A stretch of DNA of 60,722 nt, filler included, from Bipalium vagum (Eukaryota), in the NCBI GenBank assembly GCA_037834085.1. It is 3 parts of 3 records of this genome, joined end to end, with 100 filler letters (N's around TTAATTAATTAA, not from the genome) between each part and the next. Parts side by side here need not be neighbours in the genome. Positions count along the whole stretch, not along the records: positions 17,554 to 43,691 come from JBBMKC010162370.1; 2 more parts are not named here. One strand, given 5' to 3'. The position numbers and the translations under genes were made by a program. Below the pieces are notes generated by a model. It was not told where the DNA came from. It did no database searches and saw only the letters and a program-made list of their open reading frames with translations. The first letter of the stretch is position 1, and each line of letters opens with the position of its first letter. Shown piece after piece: positions 27,120 to 39,770 of this stretch.

Positions 27120-28170
27120 AAAGATTATTCATGAGACGCAGTAGAAACGATATCAGCAGCAAAAAGGAATTTTCTTTACAGGCAGTGAACAAAATTATGT
27201 TTAGTGATGAAAAATCTTTTGATGCAGATGGTCAGTTTAATCCACACAACGACGTCGTTTATGTTGTGTCTAGATAAGATGCAAATTTTTTCCCAAGAGA
27301 AGGTATCCTTTGAAAGTGATGGTATGGGTTGGACTGACATATCAGGGTCCGACGAAACCTGTATTCTTAACGATATATATATATTTATATTAAAAATATA
27401 ATAAAAAAATAAAAATTAGAAATGAAGAAATAATAATACATAAACTGATGACAGTAAAAAGATTGAACTGGGAAGGAATTAAGTCACTTAAAATAAAAAT
27501 TACGCCAACACGAGAAAGTAACTAAAGTAGAAAATAGTATAAATACATAGCAGAAAATCATAAATTCGCCTTTTTTTTACTATTGGACGATCAGTATGGT
27601 ATGGGTTGGACTGACATATCAGGGTCCGACGAAACCTGTATTCTTACCGATAAAAACATCTTTTGATACAAGATTTTATATATCAAATGTACTTCCAATC
27701 GTTATATGGAAGGGAGTTCATTGGAAAGGATTTCATATATCAGCAGGATGGTGCTATCTGTCACAGAAGCAAAGAAACGATCACGGCTTTCAAAAAGACT
27801 GGTATTTCAATAATAGGTTCAAAGCATTGGCCACAAAATTCACCAGATCTTTGTTCTCTTGATTTTTTTTCTTTTGGGATGAAGTATCAAAGAGATTGAA
27901 AACAAAAAATTGAAAATCGTACAAAACTGATTGAAAAAATTAAAGAAACAATTGCAGAAATTCCATTAAATATGTATCGCAAAGCCATCGATTCCTTTCG
28001 ACAAAGAGTTTTGGCCATAGACAGGTACAAAGGAGGTTAAATAATAAACTGTTTTAATTAAATAAATTTTGGTTTTATTCTTTATTAAATACTTTAATTG
28101 AGTTAATTTAACATTATGCTATCTATGTCAAACATCATTCAAAGAATTATCATTCTTTATTGGCCACCCG
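27120..28170 (+). mobile_element. maT (DD37D) Tc1/mariner-superfamily remnant, 5'-truncated, with internal insertion
   Basis: FSDEKSFDADGQFNPHND; QQDGAICH...WPQNSPDLCSLD with 37 residues counted between the second and third Asp; right end ...TTCTTTATTGGCCACCCG. Confidence 0.85.
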
Positions 28171-29399
28171 TCAAGCGCCAGTTGATTATTATCATCAATT
28201 TTTAATGTACATGAATCGCAGTAAGAAAGTGATTGAGAAAAATGTGTATCACAATTCATCAAAAAGTTATTTAATAAACCATTTTTTTTAATTTTCTGAA
28301 TTTAATGGGTTACCTAAAATTCTTCCATAATTTATCCGTATTTATTTTTATTTTGATACATATCAGAAATGTTTAATTCTTATTAATTGTCTTCTTAATT
28401 ATTGGTTTTTTATTTTTCTCTTGGATTTTAATTTTTCGGTTTAAGTCTAAGGTTCTTGAAATAATTGCATTAATTTAAGCAACAAAAAAGAAAAATGTCA
28501 CATTCTCAATACATCATTATAAACATTTACTTTAATTTTACAGAACATTGCAATTAAATCTGACTTAAGCTCAATTTAAATTTAATTAATCAGATATTTC
28601 TACAATCTTTCGGAAAAGATTTTCAGTATTTTTAAACAGAAAATACTGTCGTATGATAGAACAATCAATGAGATTGCATACAAGAATCATTGTTTCCACT
28701 AATTTCACTTTGAATATTGGTCTTTTATATTTTGAACAGATCTTAGTACATTTGGCAACGAAACCACAATACGATTCACAAAGTTGATTTATTACTTCGA
28801 GTCTTGTGTTTAACAAGAAATGCAATGGATATGTCGAGATAAGTTACTTTATCAATTTATTATTTAGTTTTCCCACAATTTGTCTTTTTCTTCTCTTCAA
28901 TCAATAATATTCCATTGCTTATTACTTAATCATAATTTTATTCTATTCTAATTTTAATTCTATTTTGATAAAATGCTTTCTAATTAAATTTCGTTAACTT
29001 GAATTGAAAAGAATAAAATAGTGATATAAAATATGAAATTATAATTTATAAAAAAAAATTTTCTAAAGTATTAGGTCAAATATGAAAAAACAGTCGTATT
29101 GGAGAAGTGAACCAGTGGAGAAAAAAAATTGAATGAATTTCTTTTTCTTGGTTTTTAATTAATTAATATTTATTAATACTTAATAATCATTATTATTAAA
29201 TCGATTTTATTTTCTGTTCTCGATTTTATTTGGTGATAATTTAAAAATCTCCATTCGATTATCTTGATTTTATAATTTTTATTCTGAAAAATCATCTATT
29301 TTTACTGATTGGTATATCAATTAGTTATTGATCGCTTTTTAAATAGAAAATAAAGTTGATTGTAATTATTTTTATTCATCACTATAAGAGCACGTTGGA

Positions 29400-30400
29400 A
29401 AAATTGGTGACAGGGCTAGAAAATTTTGAGCTCGAGATTATATATAATATTAACAAATTAAATTACTTTATTAATTAACTACATGATCATCAATCCTCTC
29501 TACAATTATCCCCAAAAGTTCTAATTACGGTTCAAACCAATGCTGATATAAATCTCTTGGTTTTTCTTGGAAAAGGTCCGACTTCTTCATCAAAATTAAA
29601 CATTTTACCACTTAAACAATTATGTAAAGACGGCGACAAATAAAAATCACAAGCACAATATCTGGATAGTATGATGGATATTGGAGAGTTTTTTATCCCA
29701 ATTTTTATAGTTTTTTCTCACTTCGCACAACGCGAAGTCTTGCAAATTCTTGGTGAAAGACTATTTCATTTCGATAGTTCAAAGTCCAGCGCACCATTGA
29801 GTCAAGTGAATTACTCACAGTAGATCTCTGTCGTTATTGTTTCACCATATTGGTGGAATTCAAAATCAATAATTCCTTCCTAGTCTAATAAAATCACCAC
29901 AATACATTCATTGGATGTAGGTCAGACCTTGCGGTCTTGTATACTCTTTCCAGGTACTTTTCAATCGTAGGTTATTGTACAGAATCCTGTAAACTTTTTA
30001 TCGTGTGAGACTAATCTGCTCAAAATCAGTTTGTTTTTATTGAGTAAAGTAAATGAAATAACAAAAATCTCAAGGTTCAATTTATCTGGAACCCATCAAT
30101 CGAGCTTGAATATATATCCTAGATTTATTAGGTGGTGAAACGATGTCAAAATGTAGACATTCAGAATGTGGTTATATCAACGAACAAACCACATTCTCAT
30201 TGATGAAGGAAGGTCATCCAGAAATGGGTAGATTTTTAAAGTAAAGTCCCTACTTCGAAATCTTGCATACCATTTTTAATAGATTGGAGAGAAAAAACAA
30301 CATCTAAGTAAATGAATTTAATGTTTTTACTCATTATTCCAAGGTTCACGCAACAAATGCAAAAGTATTTGCAATTTTTCGATATTCATTTTTTATATTA
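29400..30400 (-). mobile_element. mariner remnant
   Basis: Reverse complement gives WVPDKL, SDLHPMN and GIIDFEF..YGETITTEIYCE-like motifs with many stops. Confidence 0.7.
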
Positions 30401-30519
30401 TTGTTCAAATGTTAAGCACTTAGTTAAAACAATTTTATATTATGTACCTAATACTATTGGATACAAAATTATATATTTAACGCTTGAGAGATAAAAGCAT
30501 TTCATAATAACAAATGATA

Positions 30520-31258
30520 TATTAAAATCAAAGGCCCTTGATTTTTCCGAAATTTTAGTGCATCATCTGGGTGATTAGAATCGTTCAAACGAAGACATGA
30601 AATCAAATCCTACAAAATAAGTGGCGAGTAAGATTTTATTGATGGAGATGTAGTATCAAACTTCCATATGTCAATTAATAGCAAATTAGGACAATATAAT
30701 CCAAATGATATATTTAACTTTAATGAGTTAAGAATTTTCTATAAAGAGCTGCCTGAAAGATAAAATGATAACTTTCCTGCAAATGGAAAAAAATTTGGAT
30801 CCTTTTTAGAACGAGGGCTCTTTTAGAAATGACATCTTCTTTGAAAATGCCAAAGTTTTTAAAAATATCGATGTTCAAAATACTTATGACGAAGAAGATC
30901 ATATTGAAAAAATATATATCAGATAATGTTTTCCCTATATTTCATATTCTGAAGCATTGATATGCCTTAAAAATCTTGAGATGTGGATTATTCAAAAAAG
31001 GCCCATTAAATTGGAACGTCAAGACACCGTCAAATCTCATTTATTATATTGAAAGAAGATAACCAGAAATATAATTTTGGATTACTTTCCAAGGAAGAGC
31101 TTACATTTTAAAAGAATAAATTTTTAATTTTTATGAGTCATAACTTATGATACAATCTTAGAATTATGTATTTTATCCTGTGTATGTTAAACATTTTCTT
31201 ATGTGACCAATTGTACAATTTCGGTCCCACGATCTTCAAGTTAAACAGGTTCAACTGC
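30520..31258 (+). mobile_element. pogo/Tigger remnant
   Basis: FSASSG*LESFKRRHEIKSYKISGE...YNPNDIFNF; TIR-like end GTTAAACAGGTTCAACTG. Confidence 0.75.
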
Positions 31259-31504
31259 TTGTTGTTTTATAAAAACCAAAAGATAAAAATGTTTAATGTT
31301 AACTAATTTTGTAATCAAAATAATATAGTTAATAAAAAAATTAAAAACCTAGTATCTTAATGAAAAATTTTTAGTGCACATGAAAGATTTACCAAAAATG
31401 TATTAATAGCTATAATTTGATAGTTTAATGAGAAAACTGAATTTAAAATCTTATGTATTAATGAAGGGCAATTTCAGAAATTTTTTATTTATCATTCAAC
31501 AAAC

Positions 31505-31601
31505 CTTTTAATAAAGGAAATCCACTGTCCTCAATTTCCATTTCAAAAGCCTGGACAAGAGATAAATGTTGTGACCTCTCCAAAAGATGAAGAATAATTG
31601 G
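31505..31601 (-). CDS. MDH1-like protein, 97-nt exon (beta-B / alpha-C)
   Basis: tttag acceptor and G|gtttgt donor; phase 0/1. PIILHLLERSQHLSLVQAFEMEIEDSGFPLLK aligns to MDH1 [32 protein letters not shown]. Too short for the ORF track. Confidence 0.92.
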
Positions 31602-31936
31602 CTAAAATATGCAAAAGAATACTTCTTTTTCAACATGTAAATAGATAATATTACATTTCTATCCATTTGTGATGAAAATGTTTGTCATTAATTATTCATC
31701 ACCTGTTACGCGAAATAATCTTATTTTATTTTAAACATGAAAAATATAGAAAATATATAAATGAAAAATATTTATATACAAAACAATTAAATATTCAATT
31801 TTTGAGTAAAGGATTTTATAATATTTACTTGAAGGGATAATAAATTCTGATACTTACAATTTTTAAAATTTTCATGATTTCAAAATTGTAATTTTTTTAA
31901 AAATTTTAAATACAAAAGTTAAAATATATTTATAAA

Positions 31937-34900
31937 CAGTATGAACTCTCTAAATCGACAAAAATGAAACCAGCTAAAAAAGTGGCAAATTTTAGAAAGT
32001 ATTATTATCCAATATCTTATTTACTATAATAAGTGTTTATGCGTAAAGCTTTAATTAATTATTTCAAATCTAATACAAATTGATATGCATCAAAGTCGAA
32101 ACTAAACTACTAAGCTTTATTTTTTTAAAGATCCACGTCTCTAAATGTTTGTACTTTTCATTTTGTTTCAAAGCCTTGCTTATTTTATCTATTCCAAATA
32201 TCTTATTTAAATTTATATGGCTGATTAAAATAGTTTTTAAGACTTTGCAGAGCTTTGTTACTCTTCTTTTGAGATAAAATGGTCTCTTATATTATCTTCT
32301 TGGATACTATTCTCTTCACTTTCTAATGCACAATGTGTTTCCGCTAGGTTGTTCTTTTCACAATTCTCTAAGAATATATAATTTTCATCATAACTGAGGA
32401 CAGAGAATTCATCTTCAAGAAGTGAATCTAAAATTGTAGTCTTTGAAAGAAATTCATCAGAATACAAAGATAAATCCTGAATTTTCTTCCAACCGGCATG
32501 ACTAAAACAACTTATAATTGTTTCTTTGAGATATCTTCCCATGCAAAATGCTTATTGTTATTATAAATGCTTAGAATTATTGTATCTCTGATATTTAATT
32601 TTTTGTATGCCGTAAATATGTCTTCACCACATTCAATCATTTCAATAATATCCCACAACTTTTTATTCTAAAAATGTGATTTAAAACCAAGTGTTGGATA
32701 ACAGAACTTGAATTTCATGACAAGAAAAAAATTTTGATGCTTTAAATTCGACACATTTTTCTACTTTACCAAATTGCATGACTTTTTCGGCTATTAATTT
32801 ACCAGTATGAATTGGTCCTACTTGCTCCAAGTTATCTATCAAATTTGATAAGTGGCGATTTTTTTCATATTTGATTGTTGATATTCTGCACATAGTATTA
32901 AATTTGGAATTCTCTTAAATTCTGTGTTTATTCTTTCGAATGGGATTTATTGTTCGGCTTGAAATTTCTTTCTTAAATCTCACTGGAAAGATATTTGCAA
33001 CTGTATTATCAGGTATTGTATTATGTTGAAATATCTTAAAATTTCAATTTTGCAGTTTTGGATAATTTTATATACAGTCAACTCTCATTAATCCGAAAAC
33101 TACGTAGTCCGAAAAAAAATTATTTATTTCGTCAATTTTCGAACGTTTCCAGATAAATTTGATTCATTAATCCGAAACTTCATGATCCGCAATCAGAAAG
33201 CTCTTTTTTGAATTAAATTTCTAATATTTTTTAAAAGTTTCAGATCAATGTTGTTGAAATATTAAGCTTTTTTACAATTTTAATTTACTTAAATTAAATA
33301 TCCATATGGCTAGAAAAAGAACAGAAATTACAAGTCATCAAAAGGCGAAAATTTGTGCAATAAAAGAGTTAAAGAAAATGTCGCTGAGTGAATTGTCTCA
33401 AATTATCAGAAGAAAATTAAACCTATACCTAGTAATTTCTACGTTATCAGAAATTTTGAAAAATAAAGAGAAACTTACTTTAAACAACTTCGAAAATTCA
33501 TTCTCTGCTTTTGAATTCATTGACCGAATGAATGCGATAAGTGGTTACATGACTGATGAATTATCATTACAAAACAAATGAATTTGAACAAAACTAAATG
33601 TTAATGACATGCAAATTCAGTAAAGGATGGCTAATTAGATTCAAAAATCAATTTAATCTGAAATTGAAAGTTCTACATGAAGAATCAAATTCAATAAATG
33701 ATGTTAATGTTTCAGCCCATATAAAAAAAATCGTTGAAAAATTTACAGGAATTGACCCTGGAGTTATGCTGAATATGGTTGAAACTGGAATTTTTCAAGC
33801 ATTTCGTACAAGAAGTATTTGATCAACTGAAAGAAAAGAAATAAAACAATCTAAAGTTAAGGTAACCATAGCTTCATGTTCAAGTGCTAGTGGATCAATT
33901 AAAATTACACCCTTTGTTATTAGACATAGCAAGAAGCCAAGATGTTTTAATGGATTTAATGTTGCAAGATCCTGTAATTACCACGTAAATTCTAAAGCAT
34001 GGATGACCACCAATTTGTGAAAGTTTTTATGCAGCATCTTGATGATGAATTGAGAAAATAAAAAAAATTATCTACTTCTTCATAACGTTACAAGCCACAA
34101 CCTGAAATGTTTTCAGAACATTGAAGTTATAATGCTTCCGAAAAACTCAACTGTTAATCTTCAACCCATGGGTGCAGGTATAATAAAAAATTTATTGCAT
34201 TATTACAGAAAAAAGTTAGTAGTTGATTACATGAACTCTCTTGATCAAATAAAGGCCTTTGTTTTTAATCATCAAAAGCCATATTGATACTTCAAGAAGC
34301 TTGGGTAGATGTGAAAGAAGAAACCATAAAAAAACTTGTTCAAAAAGGTTAGGATTATTTCAGGTCTTCACGGATCTTATGCTGAAGAAAACTTGTCATC
34401 AGATTCCGTTCTTTAGACACACAAGAATGAGTTGGACCGAATAATGATTGAAGAGAATATGATTCAAACAGAAGACGTCATTTACGATGATGAAATCATT
34501 ACACTGTGTCAAGAAGAATACACTGTTTAGTGCTGAAGGTGATCAGGTCGATGACAGTTACATAACTTCAAGCAATTTATTTCTTGCAATTGAAATTTTC
34601 ATCAAAATAAGCTTTAATAAAAAAATGACCAATGATAAAGTAAAAAAATTAAAAGAAGTCGAAGTTGATTTACAGAAATTCATTCAAAAGAAAACTTTAT
34701 AAAAACTTTGGATGATTCTTTATATAAAAAATTTCCTTTTTCCTAATAATTTCATCCTTTATTTAGGAATTATATAGATTTTCAATTATTTCATTGTCCG
34801 AATTAATTCACAATCCGAAAGGAAATCGATTTCTAATTTTTCGAACTAATAAATTTTCCTTTTATTAAACATTATCTAAATTTTAAATAAATTAAAACTT

Positions 34901-35031
34901 CTAAAATAAAATAAAAATTGATATATAATTTGTGTATTGTTAAAATTTATTGGCGAATTATAGAAATTTTACATATAAAGATCTGAAAACAGGCGGTTTA
35001 CAGAGAGTGGCGGATTAGAGAGGTTATACTG
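31937..35031 (-). mobile_element. pogo/Tigger element (outer), interrupted by a second Tigger
   Basis: Imperfect TIRs CAGTATGAACTCTCTAAATCGAC and reverse complement CAGTATAACCTCTCTAATCCGCC; minus-strand remnant ETIISCFSHAGW. Confidence 0.7.
33075..34855 (+). mobile_element. pogo/Tigger element (inner), near full-length decayed transposase
   Basis: TA|CAGTCAACTCTCATTAATCCGAA left end; MARKRTEIT, FSKGWLIRFK, LNMVETG, SKKPRCF, NSKAWMT, LPKNSTVNLQPMGAGIIK motifs; right TIR eroded. Confidence 0.88.
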
Positions 35032-35199
35032 TATATAAGAAAAATATTTTAGAAATCTGTTTAATAAATCTTACAAAAAAATTAATTTTTCTAAAAACTT
35101 GAAATTAATATATGATATTTATTAGGTTTTAATTAATTTCCGATTTGATAAAAACAACAGTATTTATAAAATAATATATTCTGTAAAGTTTTTTTGCAG

Positions 35200-36050
35200 A
35201 TATATACTGCTTCTTTATATATAAAGAAATCTTCGCTGAAGGCTATCGAATATTGATGGAGACCAGACGATGCTTTCCCTTCAGAAAGTGCGGGTTGAGA
35301 ATGGTTTCAGTGATTCAAAAGTGATGATTATGATGTACTGAAAAGTCAATCTCAGACCAGCCTAGAAAGTTAAAAATTCAGATTTGGAAGTATTATTGTA
35401 GGTTGACTCGACTCTCACTCTGAAGAATATGGGAAAATATTAATATCTGTTCACCAACTATTTCACATCGTTTGCGCAATGGGAAAGATGTAAAAAGAAT
35501 GAAAACGGGTTCCATTTAATTTAACAAAAAATGCAATTAAGAACCGTTTTAACACCTCAGTTTCATTTGTTTTTAGACACAAGTGAAGAGTTTTCTTTGG
35601 CGATTAATAACTGGGATGAAAACTTTATCTACCTCGAAAATCACAAACCGAAAAAGGTCATGGATAAACCTAGGTTTATAGATCCAATAGGATCAATTCT
35701 AAAATGTAATATCCACGACAAAAAGTAATGCCCTGTATTTGGTATAATCAAGGTTCTATCACAGAAAGAGATTATCACAGGAGATCAGCACAAATAGTAA
35801 TTAATTAAATTTTTTATGCAAAATAGACAGTAATTAACCAAAAATCTATTGTAATGCAATGCCCAGTCACATGTCACAATGTGTTAAAGCAGTGATGTCG
35901 GGATTTAACTGGAGGTCCCACCTCACACAGCCTAATCTCCATGACCTGACTCCTTCCGTTTGCTACCTTTTTGAAATTCAGCTTTTGCCAGAAAGATGGT
36001 TAAAAGTATTGGAAAGTGGAGGAAAATATTTTGATTGATTTATTTATTTT
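35200..36050 (+). mobile_element. mariner remnant
   Basis: VPFNLT, TGDENFIYLEN-like, NIHDKK.MPCIW and WEVPPH...SP.DLTPS-like motifs; frameshifted. Confidence 0.75.
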
Positions 36051-37221
36051 AAATGTAAAATAAATATTCTTTGTTACAAGATCGACGGAAATTAATAAAA
36101 GGCCTAATAAATCACTTAATATTATTTAATGAAAATAAGATTTAACTATTGAAATCTAACTTATAAGTAAATATTTTTGTTTTATTATTTTAAAATAATT
36201 TTAAGAATGAAAATCAATTTAATTATAAACTACAAACATTTATGAAAGAAAATACACATTTTCTATAGGATTAATGCAGCATAATGAATATATTTGATGC
36301 CTTTGGTAATTTGAAGAATTAAGTATTATTAGAGCCAGGTTTCTGAAATCTGAAGTATGCAGCAAAATTTATTCATATTACAACTGTTCTTTGAATGCCA
36401 GTGTTTATTTTATACTCTTTAATTGAAGATTATTTTATAAACTTCTATAAATTGTAAAAGATTTCCAAACAAAAGCAAAGTAATCGCAAGTTGTTATGAA
36501 ATATCAATAGAAGTTTTTGGAATCTTGAAAATTATATTTTTTTGAATATTCCTTGCTTTAATACTTATTTTGTAAACATCTTGATTCGAAAAATATTTTA
36601 GTTCCTCTCGGATTTTAAAATAAGCCAAATTCAAATGGTGATCAAGAGAATCTTGTTTTAAATATATATAAAACGGCGATTTCCCTGTTTCTATCATTTA
36701 TTTTGATGTCTTATAGTAAGAAGTTGTGATTGTTGGCTTCGAATATTGTGTAAAATTTCGGTTTGCTTAAAAAAATTTAAAATTTACTTTGATGAATGTA
36801 GTCTTATTACATTTCCTTAATTATAATCTCCATATGTATAAAATTTTGTTTGTAGACATTTAAAATAGACAGGTTTTCTTTCATCTTTATGCCGTATACT
36901 AAATCGTTAACTTTGTATAACAATATATCTTTAGATTCAAATTCAAAATCTTCCTTTTCATATTTACAATAGTTTCAAATTTTACTTACTGCACATGATA
37001 AAGGAAAAATTATTGTATTTAAGAAATAATATTATCCTTAATTATATAGTTCTTTGCATTTTGCATGAATAAATTTTCAATTAATTTTATTTTAATTACT
37101 TAACTACAATTTTTCAGGTTTTGTCTTAAAAGTAATACAATATTAAACTATTTGCAAATAACTAATAATAAATGAAAATTTAAACCTCAAAATATCATAT
37201 CAAATATTTCGATTTAATTAC

Positions 37222-37314
37222 CTGTTCAATTCCAAATATGTCACCATTTAGAATACTGGTTACTATGAATCTAGCTGAAGGATGGGACGCACCCGAAATC
37301 AATATTCTCAAAGG
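37222..37314 (-). CDS. MDH1-like protein, first recognisable coding exon (Rossmann beta-A / alpha-B)
   Basis: tttag acceptor and CAG|gtaatt donor; 93 nt, phase 0/0. PLRILISGASHPSARFIVTSILNGDIFGIEQ aligns to MDH1 [31 protein letters not shown]. The start-codon exon lies upstream and is unresolved. Confidence 0.88.
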
Positions 37315-38499
37315 CTAAATATATAATTTTTTAAATTCTAAGATAAAATACTGAAAACCAATTTTTCCATTCTATTTAAATTAATTTTCTAAGCGAACTC
37401 TTCTTTTTAGTGAATCGCTTAAACAACTAAAATTAAATTTATTATTAATGAATACTTAAAATTAAATATCTTAAAATAATTCTGTTTTGCAATTAGTGAC
37501 GTTGTCATTTGAATATCATAAAAAGTTTTTTATATATAGTAAATTTTTAAAATATTGATTGTTATTAAGTAACTTATAATAATTACTTATTAAATAACTT
37601 TGATTCAAAATTTTAAACACATTTAGCTTTTAAAGAAATCTTTACATTTTATGAGCTCAAACAAAGCAATAAGTCAGCAAAAACAGTAAACTAAAACTAT
37701 GGATATTTTTTCTCTATTAATAATTTACGTAAGATATACGTTTATAATACTATAATTGTTTGTAAACATTTTAATTCTTTTTAGAATATATTTGATTAAT
37801 ACAATTTGTCTTATATGTAATGGGAAAATAGGTATTCATATATAGATACACAAAGTGATCCGATTGTCATGACTATAGCAAGTAAATGGATAAACAAAAT
37901 CAGCAGCCAAGATCAAAAATCCAAATTCTACACACATCAAAAATTTTGCTTTATTTTTACAATTTTTTTCTTTTGCATGTTAATATGAATTTATAAAAAC
38001 AATTTAATAATTAAATAGATTAATATTAAAAGTTAGAAAAAACAAGTAAAAAGATTTTCGGTTAATATTTATTTTATGTAAAACCAATACTTAATATTAA
38101 GAATAAAAAACACAAATTGCTATTGTTTAAATAAGGTAACTATCTAATTTTTAGCTTATATTTGATATTTAGTTAGGGCATTTGATAGACATTTCAATAT
38201 GATCTGTTTAAATTAGGTAATTTTATGGAATCATAATTAATTTTGAAAAAAATGTGAATAAGATGTCTTAAAACATTGCTCATAAAGGGAAATGAAAAAA
38301 CCCTGATTGCACTGGCACTAGAATGTTGTTTCAGATGCTTGACTTTGGTAATTGATCTAAATTATTAAATTACAGACTCTGTAATCCATTGGCAATCATT
38401 TCTGATGCTTCATAATTGATAACTTATAGCTATAAAATATACGTTTTAAATGTGTTTTATACGTCAGAACCGAAAATTCTTTTCAGCGTATTAGGAGTA

Positions 38500-38990
38500 C
38501 CCATAAGTAATCAATTATTTAAGTTTCAAAAAAAATTTGAATACTTTTATTTTTAATCGATTATATAATTTCCATCGTTCTCTATGAACTTTTGCCACTT
38601 TGTTGGAAGTTTCAATTCCCCAGCCATAAAAATCTGTATCCTCTGAAGAGAAATATGATTATAGGTGAGTTCGAACATCATCGGCATCTTTGAAATTTTT
38701 ATTCTTTTTATGCTCCATGGACCGGAATAAATGAAAATCAAATGGCGCTATGTCTGGAGAATATGGGGATGTGGTAAAACTTCACCATTTCTTTGTCTGC
38801 ACAAGAGTTGTGCAAATTGTACGCCGTTGATCTTAATTCATTTCCGACATTACACATGGCACCTATATACACTGCCTGTAAGCCTTACCGATTTCTTTAA
38901 GATGTCTTTTAACTGTTGACCAAGTAGCTTGAAGAGTTTTTGCTATTCGTTTACACCAGTGCCTTTTGAGTACCTTTAACAACCATCGAT
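38500..38990 (-). mobile_element. mariner C-terminal remnant
   Basis: EVLPHP-YSPDIAPFDFHLFRSME and KLPTKWQKFIENDGNYII. Confidence 0.85.
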
Positions 38991-39099
38991 TAAAACTGAC
39001 ACTACATATTGTAATCAATTAAATCTGACAACACATAAAAACCTGAGATTAAGAAATCAAAGATCAATTTCTATCAATACATTAATTATATACTAAATA

Positions 39100-39770
39100 A
39101 TTTTAGTGTTTTACGAAATTTTTTCTTCCAGGTATCTAGCCACATGAAAGCATCTTTTTTCGTCGGTATATATTTTTGAACCAGGATGAGCTATACCCCT
39201 AACAATGTGTAGCATTGTTCCAGATTTTATCTGATATTACCTTGCAGAATTCTATGGATGGATAATTGATGTATCAACAATTGATGGTCCCCAAGTCTTT
39301 TCTCTGGGTCCTCTACCACGCTGAGGTTTAACATTGTAATTACGTTTCACCTCGAACATTGGACAATAATTTCAATTTCATCCAGTTGTATTTGGATTTT
39401 TCGTACCAATTATAAGTTATTTCAATGTTATGAATACTGGAATTGAAATAGAAACTTGACATTTCATTTGTGAATTTCATTCCATTAGACCATAAAAACA
39501 AAAGAAATGCCTGATTTTAATTTTGAAAGATATAAACCATGAGACCGAACGAATAATTATTTTTCTTTTGCGCATTTGGTATTGCTACATCACATTTCTA
39601 GACCTTCCGTTGTTTTCGTCTCAGTTAATCTCATCGTACCTTTGCACCCCAATAGTGCGTATCCATTATCAGCTTTTAGCTCACTAACCAATTGAGCATT
39701 TCATTTTAGTTGTATCAATAATATTTAATTATTGATAAATTATTTATTCAGAAATAGGAAATCTATCATA
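39100..39770 (-). mobile_element. Merlin (IS1016-like) transposase remnant
   Basis: Reverse complement: CKGTMRL...CSNTKC.KRKIIIRSVSWF, KRNYNVKPQRGRGPREKTW..IVDTS, HPGSKIYTDE. These match the Merlin motifs KRKYN.GR, VFG+VD and PGS.I.SDEW. Confidence 0.75.

Noticed and set aside
21553-37314. Calling the gene canonical MDH1 or MDH1B
   Set aside because: It lacks key MDH1 substrate and cofactor residues, but retains RLD..R and WGNH and shows no MDH1B N-terminal domain; the symbol was left blank.
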